DNA of 64,000 nucleotides from the human T2T-CHM13v2.0 reference genome, Homo sapiens: NCBI RefSeq assembly GCF_009914755.1, contig NC_060925.1. One strand, written 5' to 3'. The translations under genes and the position numbers were made by a program. Shown here piece after piece: positions 1 through 12,607 of the stretch; within the stretch, counting starts at the first letter, position 1; each line of letters begins with the position of its first letter. The notes below the pieces were generated by a model. That model was not told the DNA's origin. It did no database searches and was given only the letters and a program-made list of their open reading frames with translations.

Positions 1-292
1 CATCTTAAACTCTTCATAGTGTAAAATGGGTTTCTGGCTTCATGCCTTTCTTCCATGAGTCCACCACATGTATGCATGTTCCAATGCCACTTAGAACTTT
101 ATTTTGAATTGGCTTAAATTGGCAGCATAAAAACCACATTTACTTGTTTTCACAAAACCCTGTCAACATCTAAAAATGGTGACATTGATTTTGGTTATTA
201 TGTTTTATGAACCTCTCTATAGCACTCCAGGTATATAACCCTGGCTCCTAAAATTCATGTGTTAATGAAGGAATGTGTATTTGTCCCCACAG

Positions 293-431
293 GTTAAAGA
301 CAGTTGATGTTATAGTACGTAGCATACAGGATGCTGAACTCTTGGTCAAAGGTTATGAGATTAAGCTGAGTCAAGAAGAAGTAGTACTGGCAGATCTCTC
401 AGCTCTGGAGGCCCATTGGTCGACATTACGG
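293..431 (+). CDS. MACF1: MACF1 coding exon (RLKTVDVIV...HWSTLR)
   Basis: ttgtccccacag|g acceptor, cgg|gtgagt donor; phase 2-0. Confidence 0.92.
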
Positions 432-719
432 GTGAGTTGCTCTGAGTTTCTTAGGAGGTTGACCTAACATATTCATTGCTTTGGGTTAGCAGAGAAATGC
501 AATTTTGGATGGCATGACACTGATTTAAATTTGCATTTGAATAAGGCAGAATGTCATTAAATATATTTTAATATGTATTCAAAGAAGAAGGGACTGAGAA
601 GTATGTCTAGCTAGAAAGGGAAGAGAAAGGACTAGGTTTTTCTATTTATTTTTTCCCTTTTCACCTTAATAAAATCATGGATTAATTGGATACAGTCAGT
701 GGTTGTGCCATAAGTTTAT

Positions 720-905
720 AAATCACTTAGCTGTTATCTAATTTGATTCTCACAAGCCACTCTGTGAGGTGGACAAGAAGAGATTTTTCTCTCCATTTAC
801 AGATGAGAAAACCAACACTTACTCTGGCTAAATGACTTATTTTGGTTTCATATGTTATAAGTGGTGAAGCCAGGTTTCAAACACAAGTTCTATGCACATT
901 TCTCT
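720..905 (-). mobile_element. MIR SINE
   Basis: ccatttacagatgagaaaacc ... ccaggtttcaaac MIR core, reverse orientation. Confidence 0.7.
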
Positions 906-1115
906 ATAGAGTACTGCCTGTCCTTGGCATCCCAGTGTGTATCAGGAAAGCAGAGACCATGACATGTGGAGGCAGTCCTGGCACAAACATTCCAGGGCAC
1001 AATCACATATACAATGTGGAAATAGCTGTAGACCGTGTCCTTGTTTCCCACCTTAGACTGACTCCTTTTTAGCATGGAAAGTATACAACCTGTTTCTGTA
1101 CTTATGTTTCCACAG

Positions 1116-1309
1116 CACTGGCTTAGTGATGTGAAGGACAAGAATTCAGTGTTTTCAGTCCTGGATGAGGAAATTGCCAAGGCCAAGGTAGTGGCAGAGC
1201 AGATGAGTCGTCTGACACCAGAGCGAAATCTGGATTTGGAGCGCTATCAGGAAAAAGGCTCCCAGCTGCAGGAGCGTTGGCACCGAGTCATTGCCCAGCT
1301 CGAGATTCG
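1116..1309 (+). CDS. MACF1: MACF1 coding exon (HWLSDVKDK...IAQLEIR)
   Basis: tttccacag|cac, cg|gtgagt; phase 0-2. Confidence 0.93.
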
Positions 1310-2354
1310 GTGAGTGGTGGCCCCACCTTTTTCTCCTATTAGAGTTCAGGGACTAGGTCTTAAACAAAAACAGAGTTATATCTGTACATTTATATTTAAA
1401 GGTGGAAATGGATAGGGAGGGGTGGAAATTTAAAAACCACATAAATTCTGGACAAGTAAGTGACAGAAAGGTGAGACCGGCAATCTCAAAGCAGATGTAA
1501 TGCCTCTCCTGTGTCCCAGGTCTTTTCTAGTTAAGCCACTGATGACAATGGCTTCCTGGAATGTAGACTTGAAAGGTCCCTGGTGATCTTTTCTCAAGGA
1601 CAAAACCTATACTCTAGTTCTTGTTTTATTAGCTTTGTATCCAAATATGAGCCATTTTTTATGATGGAGCTTTACAGAATTTCTTGCTTTCATCTCATTT
1701 GCTAATTCAGTAATTTTTCATCTCTGTTACTAGAGGTCCTGCTTCTAATGACAGATGTAAATAGGAAGGACAGAAACTGCACCTTTTGGAGGCTAAGCTG
1801 GTTAGGGAAATTTGTAGGGAGAGGAGCTTAACAACTCATAAGTTTTCATTCTAATTGAAGTCTTATCACAAAGCTGGTTAGACTAGAGAAGTGATATGAC
1901 TTATTGGAAGTAGCAGGAAATAATGACTATTTTTCACTTCTCTCCCCTCTCTCCTTGAGAAATTATAGTGATTCATAAATCATAGCTGTGCTGTACTGAC
2001 AGGTACTCTGTCATCAGGGAATAGAACTGTACAGCCAATACTACCTTATTGGTCACCCTGGTAATTCTTGGCAACCTAGGTGAAAAATTTGACAAGGATT
2101 ATTGTGGGATGCTAGACCACAAGGCAGCATCCAGGGCTAGCAGGTCACAACTGGTTTCTACTCACTTTTTTGACCATAGGGCACTGGTACATGCATAGGT
2201 CTCACTCAGCCTTGCATCGCTGTTCCCCGTAGATAAAGATGGATCGTTTGTGGTCAAGCCCAGCTGGATACATGGGTTAAAGAGGGAATTACCTCATTTA
2301 CTTTATTGTATTTGTACCAAGGTATCTGATAGCAGTTTCCCTTTGTTCTTCTAG

Positions 2355-2517
2355 CCAATCTGAGCTAGAAAGTATCCAGGAAGTTCTGGGAGATTACCGA
2401 GCCTGCCATGGAACTCTCATCAAGTGGATTGAGGAAACCACTGCCCAGCAGGAAATGATGAAGCCAGGCCAGGCAGAGGATAGCAGAGTGCTTTCGGAGC
2501 AGCTCAGCCAGCAGACG
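2355..2517 (+). CDS. MACF1: MACF1 coding exon (QSELESIQE...EQLSQQT)
   Basis: ttgttcttctag|c, acg|gtgagt; phase 2-0; absent from ORF track but open in the joined frame. Confidence 0.93.
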
Positions 2518-2937
2518 GTGAGTGTGGTAGTAGCTCTGGCGAGAAGAGTTAGAAATTTAAATTTTCTTTATCATAAAAGAAAATGATGTACTGGCAATTA
2601 AAGCTTCCTCCAAATGGAAGATATCCAAATTCCCTTTTCTTTGAGTGGTTTGAGCAGGATCGTCCCAAGATACTGGTTTTGCATTTAGACTAGAGAACCT
2701 GTAAGGTACCTTCAGTTCTGAGTTTCTGTAACTGTATTGAAACCACTAGATGGACAGATTAAAATTATCTTTATTTTGTTTTTTTTTATATTACATTTTA
2801 TTTTACTAGGATTAGATATGGGGTTTTGAAAACCAAGGGAAAATTGTAAGTAGAAGAAAATGATTCTTTTTTTTTTGAAAATGATTTATTTTAAGCATTT
2901 TTTTTTTGTTGGTATTTTGTTTTGTTTTGTTTTGTTT

Positions 2938-3510
2938 AGCATTATGGTTAAGAGTATGAGATCTGGAGTTGTATTGCCTGGATTCCAATTCTGGCTCACT
3001 TACCTACTATAAGCCTTTGAAGAAGTTATTTAGCTTCTCAGTGTTCTACTTCCTTATCAGTAAAATGGACATAGTTTGTTATTTATTTAACCTACCTTAT
3101 GAGATTATCGTTGCTAGGATTAACTGAAGTGATACATGTAAAATACTTAGAATAGTGGTTCTCAAAGTGTGGACCCCAGACTAGCAGCATCCGTATCACC
3201 TGGGGACATGTTAGGAATGCAAGTTCTTGGGTTGGGCACAGTGGCTTCTGCCTGTAATTGCAGCACTTTGGGAGGCCGAGGCATGGGGATCACTTGAGGA
3301 TAGGAATTTGAGACCAGCCTGGTTAAGAAAGCGAGAACTTGTTTCTACAAAAGATTAAAAAGACAAAAAAGTGCAAATTTGTGAACCCAAACCCACTGAA
3401 CCAGAAACTCTGGAGGTGAGGCCCAGCAGTATGTGTTTTAACCACCCTTTCCAGCAATTCTGATGCAGCTAAGGTTTGGAAACTACTGCCTTAGAACATA
3501 GTAAATGTTC
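2938..3510 (+). mobile_element. MIR interrupted by MER5A-like hAT element (3153-3488), itself interrupted by an Alu monomer (~3230-3370)
   Basis: MIR 5' end tggttaagagtatgagatctggag; tagtggttctcaaa...tttggaaactactg termini with 8-bp TSD acttagaa/ccttagaa. Confidence 0.75.
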
Positions 3511-3565
3511 AGCTCTTTCAATGGTGGTAATGGCAATGATAATGTTGTGATATTTTGCTTCCTAG

Positions 3566-3649
3566 GCCCTATTTGCAGAAATTGAGAGAAATCAGACAAA
3601 ACTGGATCAATGTCAAAAATTTTCCCAGCAGTACTCTACTATTGTAAAG
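3566..3649 (+). CDS. MACF1: MACF1 coding exon (ALFAEIERN...YSTIVK)
   Basis: ttttgcttcctag|gcc, aag|gtaact; 84 nt, phase 0-0. Confidence 0.92.
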
Positions 3650-4587
3650 GTAACTTTACCACATCCCAAAAAGAACATGAATCATCACCAGCTCAGGAAA
3701 ACCTACATCTTCACTGTAGGTTCTGTTTCTAGACAAATTAAGCAGAGTTCTTATGCTACAAGCTGGCCTGATCCTTCAGTTAAGCAGATGTGTATTTCCT
3801 GCAACCCCATGTTTGGGGTTGCTTGGAGAAGTAGCAGACGTTGGCTGTGATTTGAGGAGTCTCCATTTGCATGACCGTAGGCCCTTTAAACTTAACATGG
3901 CAAAAACAGAATGTTTGAGTTTTCTTCTTAAATATGCTTCTTACTTGTCTTTCCTATCTCAGGAAATAGTATGGCCATTTTTTTCTAATTGCTGAGGCAA
4001 AAAACCCAGGAGTCATCCTAAACTGTTCTCTTTGCCTTAAGCTTTATATTCTCCGTTGGCTCTTGTCTTCAAACATGTCCCACATCTGACTGCCTGCCGT
4101 TATCTCCCCTCTATTTCCCTAGTTCACATTCCAGTGAAGAATCTTCTTTAGACTACTACAGTACCCTCTGAGCTGGTCTCTTGCTTCTGCTCTGGCCCCC
4201 ACAGGCTATTTTCCCACAGAGTAGCCAAAATCCCCTTTTTAGAACATATTGCATGTCACTGAATCTTAGACTCCATTGATTACAAGCTACACCATAATTT
4301 TCTGCATGCCAAAAAGAGGAAAAAAGAAGAAACTCTGCCAGTTATGTGACATGCCATTGATTCTAAAATATGTTCCAATTTGAAAGACTAAAATGTGGAG
4401 AAAATGTGTACCTTAGAATAGATGAAATACAGCAAATAAGATCATGTCACTCTCCTGCTCAAAACTGTCCAATGGCTTCATATCATAGTCGTAATAAAAT
4501 TCTAAATTCTTACATGGTTTATAAGGCCGTGAATGATTTAGCTCTCCCCTATTTCTCTTAGAATATCTTTAAGGAAAAATGACTTGA

Positions 4588-4887
4588 GGCCAGGTGTGGT
4601 GGCTTATACCTGTAATCCCTGCACTTTAGGAGGCCAAGGCAAGAGGGTTACTTGATCCCAGAAGTTTGAGACCAGCCTGGGCAACATATCAAGATCCCAT
4701 CTGTAAAAAAAAAAATTTTAAATTAGCTGGATGTAGTGGTGTGCACCTGTAGTCCCAGCTCCTCAAGAGGCTGAGGTAGGAGGCTCACTTGAGCCTGGGA
4801 CATTGAGGCTATTGAGCCGTGATTGTGTCACTGCACTTCAACCTGGGCAACAGAGAAAGACTGTGTCTCCAAAAAAAAGAAAAAAAT
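4588..4887 (+). mobile_element. Alu (old, J-like), within L2-like sequence
   Basis: ggccaggtgtggtggct... dimer with A tail. Confidence 0.9.
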
Positions 4888-5584
4888 AACTTGAGATTAT
4901 TACATATTTATTTGTTTATTCTGTGACTCTTACTAGAATGTAAGTTCCAAGGGAGCAAAGTTTTTCCTGACTTGTTTCTCAGTGTGTGTGTATAGCACTC
5001 AAAACAATGGCAAGTACATAGAAGATGCTTAACAAATACTTTTTGAATGAAGGCTTTCCTTTAGTTAATAACAGAACACTCACTGTAAGAAAGAATTGAG
5101 TTCAAACCCTTCACCATTTTCCAGGCTTACTTTGAGTATGCACTTAGCCTATGTTTCTGTTACTGTATCTATAAAGTGAGAACAATAATACCTCACTGAG
5201 TGATTGTAAAGATTAAATGAGATAATGTATACATAGGACCATGCCTCAAACTTAAAGTGCACTCAGTAAGTGGTAGCAATTGCTTTGATTATATTTTAAT
5301 GTTCTTACTACTATTTTTTTATGGGTTCCTTCACAAATTCATTCCTTGTTTTCCTTCTACCCAGAGTTTTTTTAAGTAGACAGCAGAAGGACGTTTTAGG
5401 CAAAGGAACTGCATAATCCCAGGCAGAGAAGAATGAAAATACTTGATTATATGAGGAAATAGAGAGTATTCTGATATAGCTAGAAGGCACAATAAGGAGC
5501 AGTGACTATGGAAAATTAGCGGTGAGATTGGGGCCAACCCATGACAGGCCTTGTTCCATTGTTGTGGCTTTATCTTCTATTCTT

Positions 5585-5745
5585 GCTTCTCAAAGTGTTG
5601 TCTTTGAACCAGTAGCATCCGTAGCACCTGGGAGCTTATTAGAAATGTAGAATCTCAGACCTGCTGAATCAGATTCTGCATTTTAATAAATTATATGGGG
5701 ATATAATTTATATGCATGTTGGTGTTTGAAAAGCTCTATTCTAGA
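5585..5745. mobile_element. MER5A-like hAT DNA transposon fragment
   Basis: cttctcaaagtg...cacctgggagcttattagaaatgtagaatctcag...ctgcattttaa. Confidence 0.65.
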
Positions 5746-6119
5746 TCATTGAAAGCTTTTTAAGGAGAAGAGTGATGTGGTCATCTTTGGGTTTTAGAAA
5801 AAGTATTCTGGTGGAACAATAGAGAATAAATTGAGATTAGACTAGAAGCAGTGAAAGTACCTAAGAGGCTACCGCACTTATAAGGCTACTTCATGTGAGA
5901 GAAGAAGAGAGTGGACTAGAGCAGAACTTGCAGGGTTGCAGAGGAAGTGGCAGAATAGTATGGTAAAATGAGAATACTGGTTCAGGGATTAGAAATCTAA
6001 GATTCTAATCCTAACTCTGTTAACACTTACCCACTTAGTTAATTAGGGAAATTCACATCCCCTCTCTGGGTTTCACTTTCCCCACAGGTGAGATGAAAGG
6101 GTTGGTCAGACTGCAACTA

Positions 6120-6400
6120 AGGCGTGAGCAAACTATGACCCACAGGCCAAATCTTGTCCACACACCTGTTTTTGTATGGCCCATGAGAAAAGGTTGAAAA
6201 GAAAATCAAAAGAATAATATTTTATGATGTGAAAATAATATGAACTTCAGTTTTTAGTGTTCATAAATAAAGTTTTATTCTAACAACCACACCCTTTCAT
6301 CTATATATTGCCTATGGCTGCTTTCACTTATAATGAGAGAGATAGTATGGCCTGATATTTTCTGTCTGGCCTTTTACAGGAAAAGTTTGCTAACCTCCAG
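6120..6400. mobile_element. MER58-type hAT DNA transposon
   Basis: gcaaactatgacccacaggccaaatc ... aaaagtttgctaacctc termini. Confidence 0.65.
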
Positions 6401-6509
6401 CATGAGTGGTCACCAAAACGCTTCCAGCAATAAAAAGCTATGATTTATTACATGATGTATGTGAATTATAAAACCCTGAGTAACTGTAGCGAAATTCATC
6501 CTTTCCTAG

Positions 6510-6617
6510 GACTATGAATTGCAACTGATGACATACAAGGCCTTTGTGGAATCGCAGCAGAAATCCCCTGGCAAGCGCCGTCGCATGCTTTCCTCTTCAG
6601 ATGCCATCACTCAAGAG
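6510..6617 (+). CDS. MACF1: MACF1 coding exon ([10 protein letters not shown]...AITQE)
   Basis: ctttcctag|gac, gag|gtgaga; 108 nt; DYELQL motif typical of the plakin-domain end. Confidence 0.94.
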
Positions 6618-6811
6618 GTGAGAGGGTGGGGGAAGGAAATACACCACTGTCTTCCCTTAAGGAAAGATTCATTTGCCTGGGCCTTACATTTTGATTTAGG
6701 GCTCACTTTTCTGGTGAACATGTGACTGCATGAACATTTCCTCTTATTTTGAACTATTTAAATTTCATTTTCTGGCAGACGATTTATTTAAATTGTTCTT
6801 TTGAACCACAG

Positions 6812-6910
6812 TTCATGGACTTAAGGACTCGCTACACGGCATTGGTGACTTTAACAACTCAGCACGTGAAATACATCAGTGATGCACTCCGGCGTCTGGA
6901 GGAGGAGGAG
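6812..6910 (+). CDS. MACF1: MACF1 coding exon ([13 protein letters not shown]...RLEEEE)
   Basis: ttttgaaccacag|ttc, gag|gtgagg; 99 nt; conserved plakin LRTRY motif. Confidence 0.94.
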
Positions 6911-6959
6911 GTGAGGACAGTTGGGTCCAAAGTCATCTTGAAAGTACAGTAAAACATCT

Positions 6960-7310
6960 TAGCCAGCACGGTGGTGTGTGCCTGTAGTCTCTGGTACCCA
7001 GGTGGCTGAGTTGGGAGGATTACTTGAGTCTAGGAGTTTGAATCCAGCATGGGTGACATAGGGAAATCCCCTCTCTACAAAAAATATTTAAAAATTAGCT
7101 GGGCATGGTGGCACACACCTGTGGTCCCAGTTACTTGGGAGGCTGAGGTGGAAGGATCACTTGGGCCTGGGAAGTTGAGGCTGCAGTGACCATGATTGTG
7201 CCACTGCACTCCAGCCTGGGCAATAGGCTGTCTCAAAAAAAAGCCCAAAATATCCCACATACCCCGTAAATATATACACCTACTATGTACCCACAAAAAT
7301 TAAAAAAATT
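6960..7310 (+). mobile_element. Degenerate Alu (6960-7242) followed by an L1 3'-end fragment
   Basis: Alu arm motifs; aatatatacacctactatgtacccacaaaaattaaaaa L1 tail. Confidence 0.75.
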
Positions 7311-8094
7311 TTTTAAACCAGCAAAATATATGCTATATATGTAACATATAATTAAATTATTATATAATATATATTTTATTTGAGAGACAAGGAAGTTAGA
7401 ATACTATGTATAATTATGATTTCATTAAAAACAAAACTGTGTACTACAAAGACATGGCATAGAAAGAAGTTTATAGGCACCTATACCAAATTTCTGGGGA
7501 AATAACGTTAACTTACATAATTATGTATTTTAGACTTGTTTGAATTTATTGTAATGAGCATGTCATCTGTTTGTAACTGTAAAAATCTTCTGTCTTTGTA
7601 AAATAAGTTTCTGCATATTCAGCCTCTCTTATAAAAAAAAAGCTGTTAAAACATTAACCATACCATCTTTTGCTTTTTAAATTAGCAAGACTTTCTTTAT
7701 ATCCATACCTACATAATGTAATCTCAGTAGGCTTCAGTCTCTTCTCTTCTTACAGATTCACCTGTAAACCTAAGAATTATGAAAATGAGTAAGATGCTAT
7801 ATGTGAAGAGATTTTTTTAAAAAGCATCAAATAATTATTGAGTGCCTATTATATATAAAACAGTGGTTTGTATTTTTCAGAAAGGTATTAAACCTAGGTA
7901 TAATAAATTTAGCTCACAAACACCTGTGAGCAATACTGTAGGCTGGGCTAAATTATACTTGGGGTTATTTTCACAGCCCACTTATTTAGGTAACTGTATC
8001 TGTTTTTAGGAAGACTTCATTTAAGAAAATCTGAAGTCGTGCCAGCCTAATAAAAGACATTGCTAGCATATTGATTTTCTATTTCCTATTCTAG

Positions 8095-8247
8095 AAAGTG
8101 GTAGAAGAGGAGAAACAAGAACATGTGGAGAAGGTTAAAGAACTTTTGGGCTGGGTGTCTACCCTAGCGAGGAATACACAAGGAAAAGCTACCTCATCCG
8201 AGACCAAAGAATCAACAGACATTGAAAAAGCTATTTTGGAACAGCAG
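8095..8247 (+). CDS. MACF1: MACF1 coding exon (KVVEEEKQE...AILEQQ)
   Basis: tttcctattctag|aaa, cag|gtgaga; 153 nt. Confidence 0.93.
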
Positions 8248-8547
8248 GTGAGAAGAAGGTCCATCTCTGTTTACCTGGGTAGAATAATATGTGATAATAC
8301 ATTAGGTGGAATAGTAGAAGTCACATGTGGGCCATTCCAGAAGTGATTGCTACCTGAGTAAATGTTAAAGAAACTTAAGAAGCCATCTTGTTTGTTCTTG
8401 TACCTTTTTATCAGCTGTAGCTCATTGGTGATAATAATTTGACCTAAGCTGCATATTTTCTCTAGGATTTAAAAAAATAATTTTAAATAATTTTTGACTC
8501 TTAATTCTTGGGTTTTGAAGCTTTTTCTCTTTATTTCTACCATGTAG

Positions 8548-8636
8548 GTTCTGTCAGAAGAGCTGACAACAAAGAAAGAACAAGTCTCTGAAGCTATTAA
8601 AACATCACAGATCTTCTTGGCCAAGCATGGTCATAA
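8548..8636 (+). CDS. MACF1: MACF1 coding exon (VLSEELTTK...AKHGHK)
   Basis: ttctaccatgtag|gtt, aa|gtgagt; phase 0-2. Confidence 0.92.
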
Positions 8637-10296
8637 GTGAGTATTAAATGAGAGATTATGGCACATCTGGGGCACCTGGTCTATCAGTCTAAAACTTACA
8701 GCCATAATGAGATTTCAGAATGGAGAATTCAGAGCAGCAAGAGCCAGATTATGGGGACCCTGTAGTTCATACGGAGGAGTTTGCATTTAATTTGTTGGCT
8801 ATGGGAAGAGATTTTAAATGTGATTGTGTTTTACTTTTAAAGGTTGCTAGAACAGTTATATGAAGAAAGGATTGACATGTGGTGAGAATAGAGGCTGAGA
8901 GGCCTGTTAAGAGGCTATTCTGATAATGTAGACAAGAAATGACGAGGAATGGAAACAAAGAGACTAATATTCAAGAGATGTTAAGGATAATGAATCTATG
9001 GGTGTGGTTACACATGAAAATTATCGCATAAAGTGACAGAGATTTGAATTATCAGTGTATTAGAAACCATGTGGGTAGATTACTCAAAAGGGCTTTTTGG
9101 GGCTTCTCAGCCTGTTAAGGAAGCCTCAGAGAAGGAAAAGGAAAATTATGAGTGATAACTCAGAACCCAAGAAAGAACAGAGTTCCAAAAAGGAGAGAAG
9201 TTCAGAAGTCAAGAAAAGTTGAGAAATATCTGTTACATTTGGCAAGTTAGAAGTCTTTGGTGCCTCTGGTGACAAGTTGTGGGATGAGGTCAGATTTAGT
9301 ATGGTGAGGAGCACATTGGAGGCAAGCAAGGCGAAACAGAACTGCTCTTTCAAGAAGCCAGGACATAGGAGCAAAAAATATAATAGAGTCAATATTTAAA
9401 AATGAAATATATGGTCAAGAAGGGTTTTGTTTTCTTAAAAGATACAATGGACTTAACTATGTTTTCGAGTAAGTCTCAAGGACAAAGGGGAGGAGATAAT
9501 TAGAGAAAGGTCCCAGTGGACATGCAAGAGGAGGAAACTCATTGATAGTTAGAAAGTACAACCTTAAACAGGAAATTGGGACCACCTTTTTTCTGAGGTG
9601 GAGATGAGGGAAAGGAGATTAAGAAAGGTATGGATAGAGGTAAATTTGTTAGGACCGAAGCCAGAAAGTAAGAGAATTAGTGCCCAGTGGTCTGTATTTT
9701 CTCTTTGAAATAGGTGGAGAGGTTTGTTGAAAGGATGGTGCCGAGGAGAAAGGAAGAGGGACTTGGCTGGGAATTTACAAGAGGATTGTCAGGAAGTATT
9801 GTGACCCAGTTGAGATTGGAAACCAGTGGGCTCTGTCTATGTGGTTGTGGAATTTTTTTTTCTCTAACTGGATTTACCTAGCAGCCTTAGTGTAGGAGCA
9901 GAAGAGACTGGTGGTTTGATTGATTTGGGGTTGGGCTTTTATCAGGTTAGCGAGTGGAGAGTGCAAGGATAATGGTAAGGAACTGATCAAGAATATGGAT
10001 TGTGGGGTCTGGCCTCTGAAGAAAAGAAACTTAATAGAGAGGACTGATAGAATAAGAGGAAATGGAGGCATTAAGGAAGGCTTAGGACATATCCATGAGT
10101 TGATGGATAGATCCCATTTGAATCAACAGAGTTCATTCTCAGAAACATAATGTGGAATGAAAAAAGAAAGTTGCGGGATTCATCAGATTCAAGAGGTGGT
10201 TACCTTTGGGAAGAAAGGGAAAGGAATGGACTTGGTGACAAATATACAGTGGGCTTTAATTATATCTGTAATGTCTTATTTCTAAGAAAGGGTCTA

Positions 10297-10698
<402 letters not shown>

Positions 10699-11118
10699 TT
10701 ACATTCTTCTGCCTGTTTAAAATATTTTATTTTAAAAAGAAAATAGGTATAGAAGGAGTAAAGAAAGATAAAACTGAAAGGTAGAGTTATAATCATATAG
10801 TGGATTCTTGAAGTCTAAGATTTCAGAAGCAGAATAATTTCAGATGATAGGATCTAAGTTTGACATTTGGGGGTGGGGCTAAAGTGGAGATGAGGTCATT
10901 TGAACTACAAGCATAGGGGTGACATAGCATTGACATCATCAAGAACCATGACTTGATTTGAGATAAACAGAAGAACTGACTGAAATGCCAAAGTCTCCGA
11001 TGAATATGGAAGAAGATCATCCATCCAAGATGAAGAAGTAGCAATTTTGAAGCAATAGAGCAGAGTTTGGAGATTGTTTTTTTTTCTCCTAAAAAAGCTT
11101 TAATGCTTCATCTTCCAG

Positions 11119-11254
11119 GCTCTCAGAAAAAGAGAAGAAACAAATATCTGAGCAATTGAATGCCCTAAACAAGGCTTACCATGACCTTTGTGATGGTTCT
11201 GCAAATCAGCTTCAGCAGCTTCAGAGCCAGTTGGCTCACCAGACAGAACAAAAG
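11119..11254 (+). CDS. MACF1: MACF1 coding exon (LSEKEKKQI...AHQTEQK); last exon before the plectin-repeat block
   Basis: tcatcttccag|g, aag|gtactt; phase 2-0. Confidence 0.93.
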
Positions 11255-12322
11255 GTACTTTTAGTTTTCATCTCCAAATATTGGGTGGATACCTTTTGAA
11301 TGGTATGAAGGCAGCTTTGCTGATTCAGAGTCATGATCACTAGCTTTCCATGACCAATGTGACTTAATTTTTAACCTCACCTTAGCAGCCATTTGTCTTG
11401 TGTTTCTTTACTGGGGTTCCATGATGTGTTGGTCAGTCAAAAGCACTAGAAGACACTTACAACTAACCCTTTAGACCTGGTTCACCTTTTTTGTCTTATG
11501 CCATTTTGTGGCAGACAGCAGTCTAGGAGAACATAAATTCTGTATTATATGTGATCACAGGGCAGTAACATACTCCCTTGTGGCATTGTCACTCAAAAGT
11601 TGATAGCCAAAAGTTCTGGATATTGGGAAGAAAAACCTGTGAACCTCTTCCCTCTATACTAAGGCAGTAAGAAATATTAAGTTCCAAAGCAAACTGGTAG
11701 AGTAGTTTCACTGACTAAGACGCTGGTTCCCCTCACCCATAGTCATCTCATCATGTGGCATCTTGACCAGTTCCCCTCCATATTCATTTCCTGGACCATG
11801 TGAAAGTCATCATAGTTCCTACTGGTTGTCCTAAGTTCTTCCTGGATACTTGTGCGTGTGTGTACACTTACCATATTATATACATGTGTCTCTGGGATAT
11901 ATATGTGTGTTTGCCTGCTTATTTCCTATGTTGTGAAGCAATGGCCAACTTATGTGGGGCAGGCCAAAATTAAGCTCACGTGATAGTCAAATTTGGTCCA
12001 GATGATGCTCAAAATGATATTCAGACAAAGCATGTCTTGATTCTGATCCTTGGATATAAATTTTGTGCAACAGGAGCTAGAGTTGTAAAAACCACAAGAC
12101 AAAACCAGCTATGATTTGATGGTGTATTTCCAAAAACAAAGTGCTGGTGTAACATTCTCCATTTAAGGTAGCCCACTTCCAGTGGCTTGTTGCTTCACCA
12201 TATAAGGGAGTATGTGAAAAGTTTTAACAATTGCTTGCTGAGAACATCCGGTTCTCATTTTGAAAGGTTAAAAAAGAGGGGGGAAAAGGAAAAAAAGAAA
12301 AAAAGAAAGACAGGACAGGCTG

Positions 12323-12496
12323 CTGAGCACCACTACATTGAGCATGATGTGTCTCCTGTATGTGTGTTTCATGTGAAGTATTGTTCTGATTAACTGACAT
12401 CCTTGCTTACAAGTTTCACTAACCCTTTGGAGTTTAAGCACAAATGCACAAAGGGAAAAGAGGACGACCTGTTTGGGGTTCTTTTTTGCAAAAACA
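12323..12496 (+). promoter_or_regulatory. 5' arm of a putative long-range intronic RNA duplex (pairs with 32441-32632)
   Basis: attgagcatgatgtgtctcctg (12337-12358) is the reverse complement of caggag[a]acacatcatgctcaat (32603-32625); further colinear helices flank it. Confidence 0.7.
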
Positions 12497-12589
12497 AACA
12501 GTCGCATGCTGGACGCTAACACCAAGCTTACACTGTGTGTGTGATACGGCTGAGCTGCTCCATAAGGCTCTATCTTTTATCTGCCCAAG

Positions 12590-12607
12590 GCGTGCCCTGC
12601 AACTCTG
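12590..12607 (+). other. Candidate 18-nt in-frame microexon (ACPATL), or the 3' end of an alternative first exon
   Basis: tctatcttttatctgcccaag|GCGTGCCCTGCAACTCTG|gtaagt; perfect GTAAGT donor; no stop in phase 0. Confidence 0.45.
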
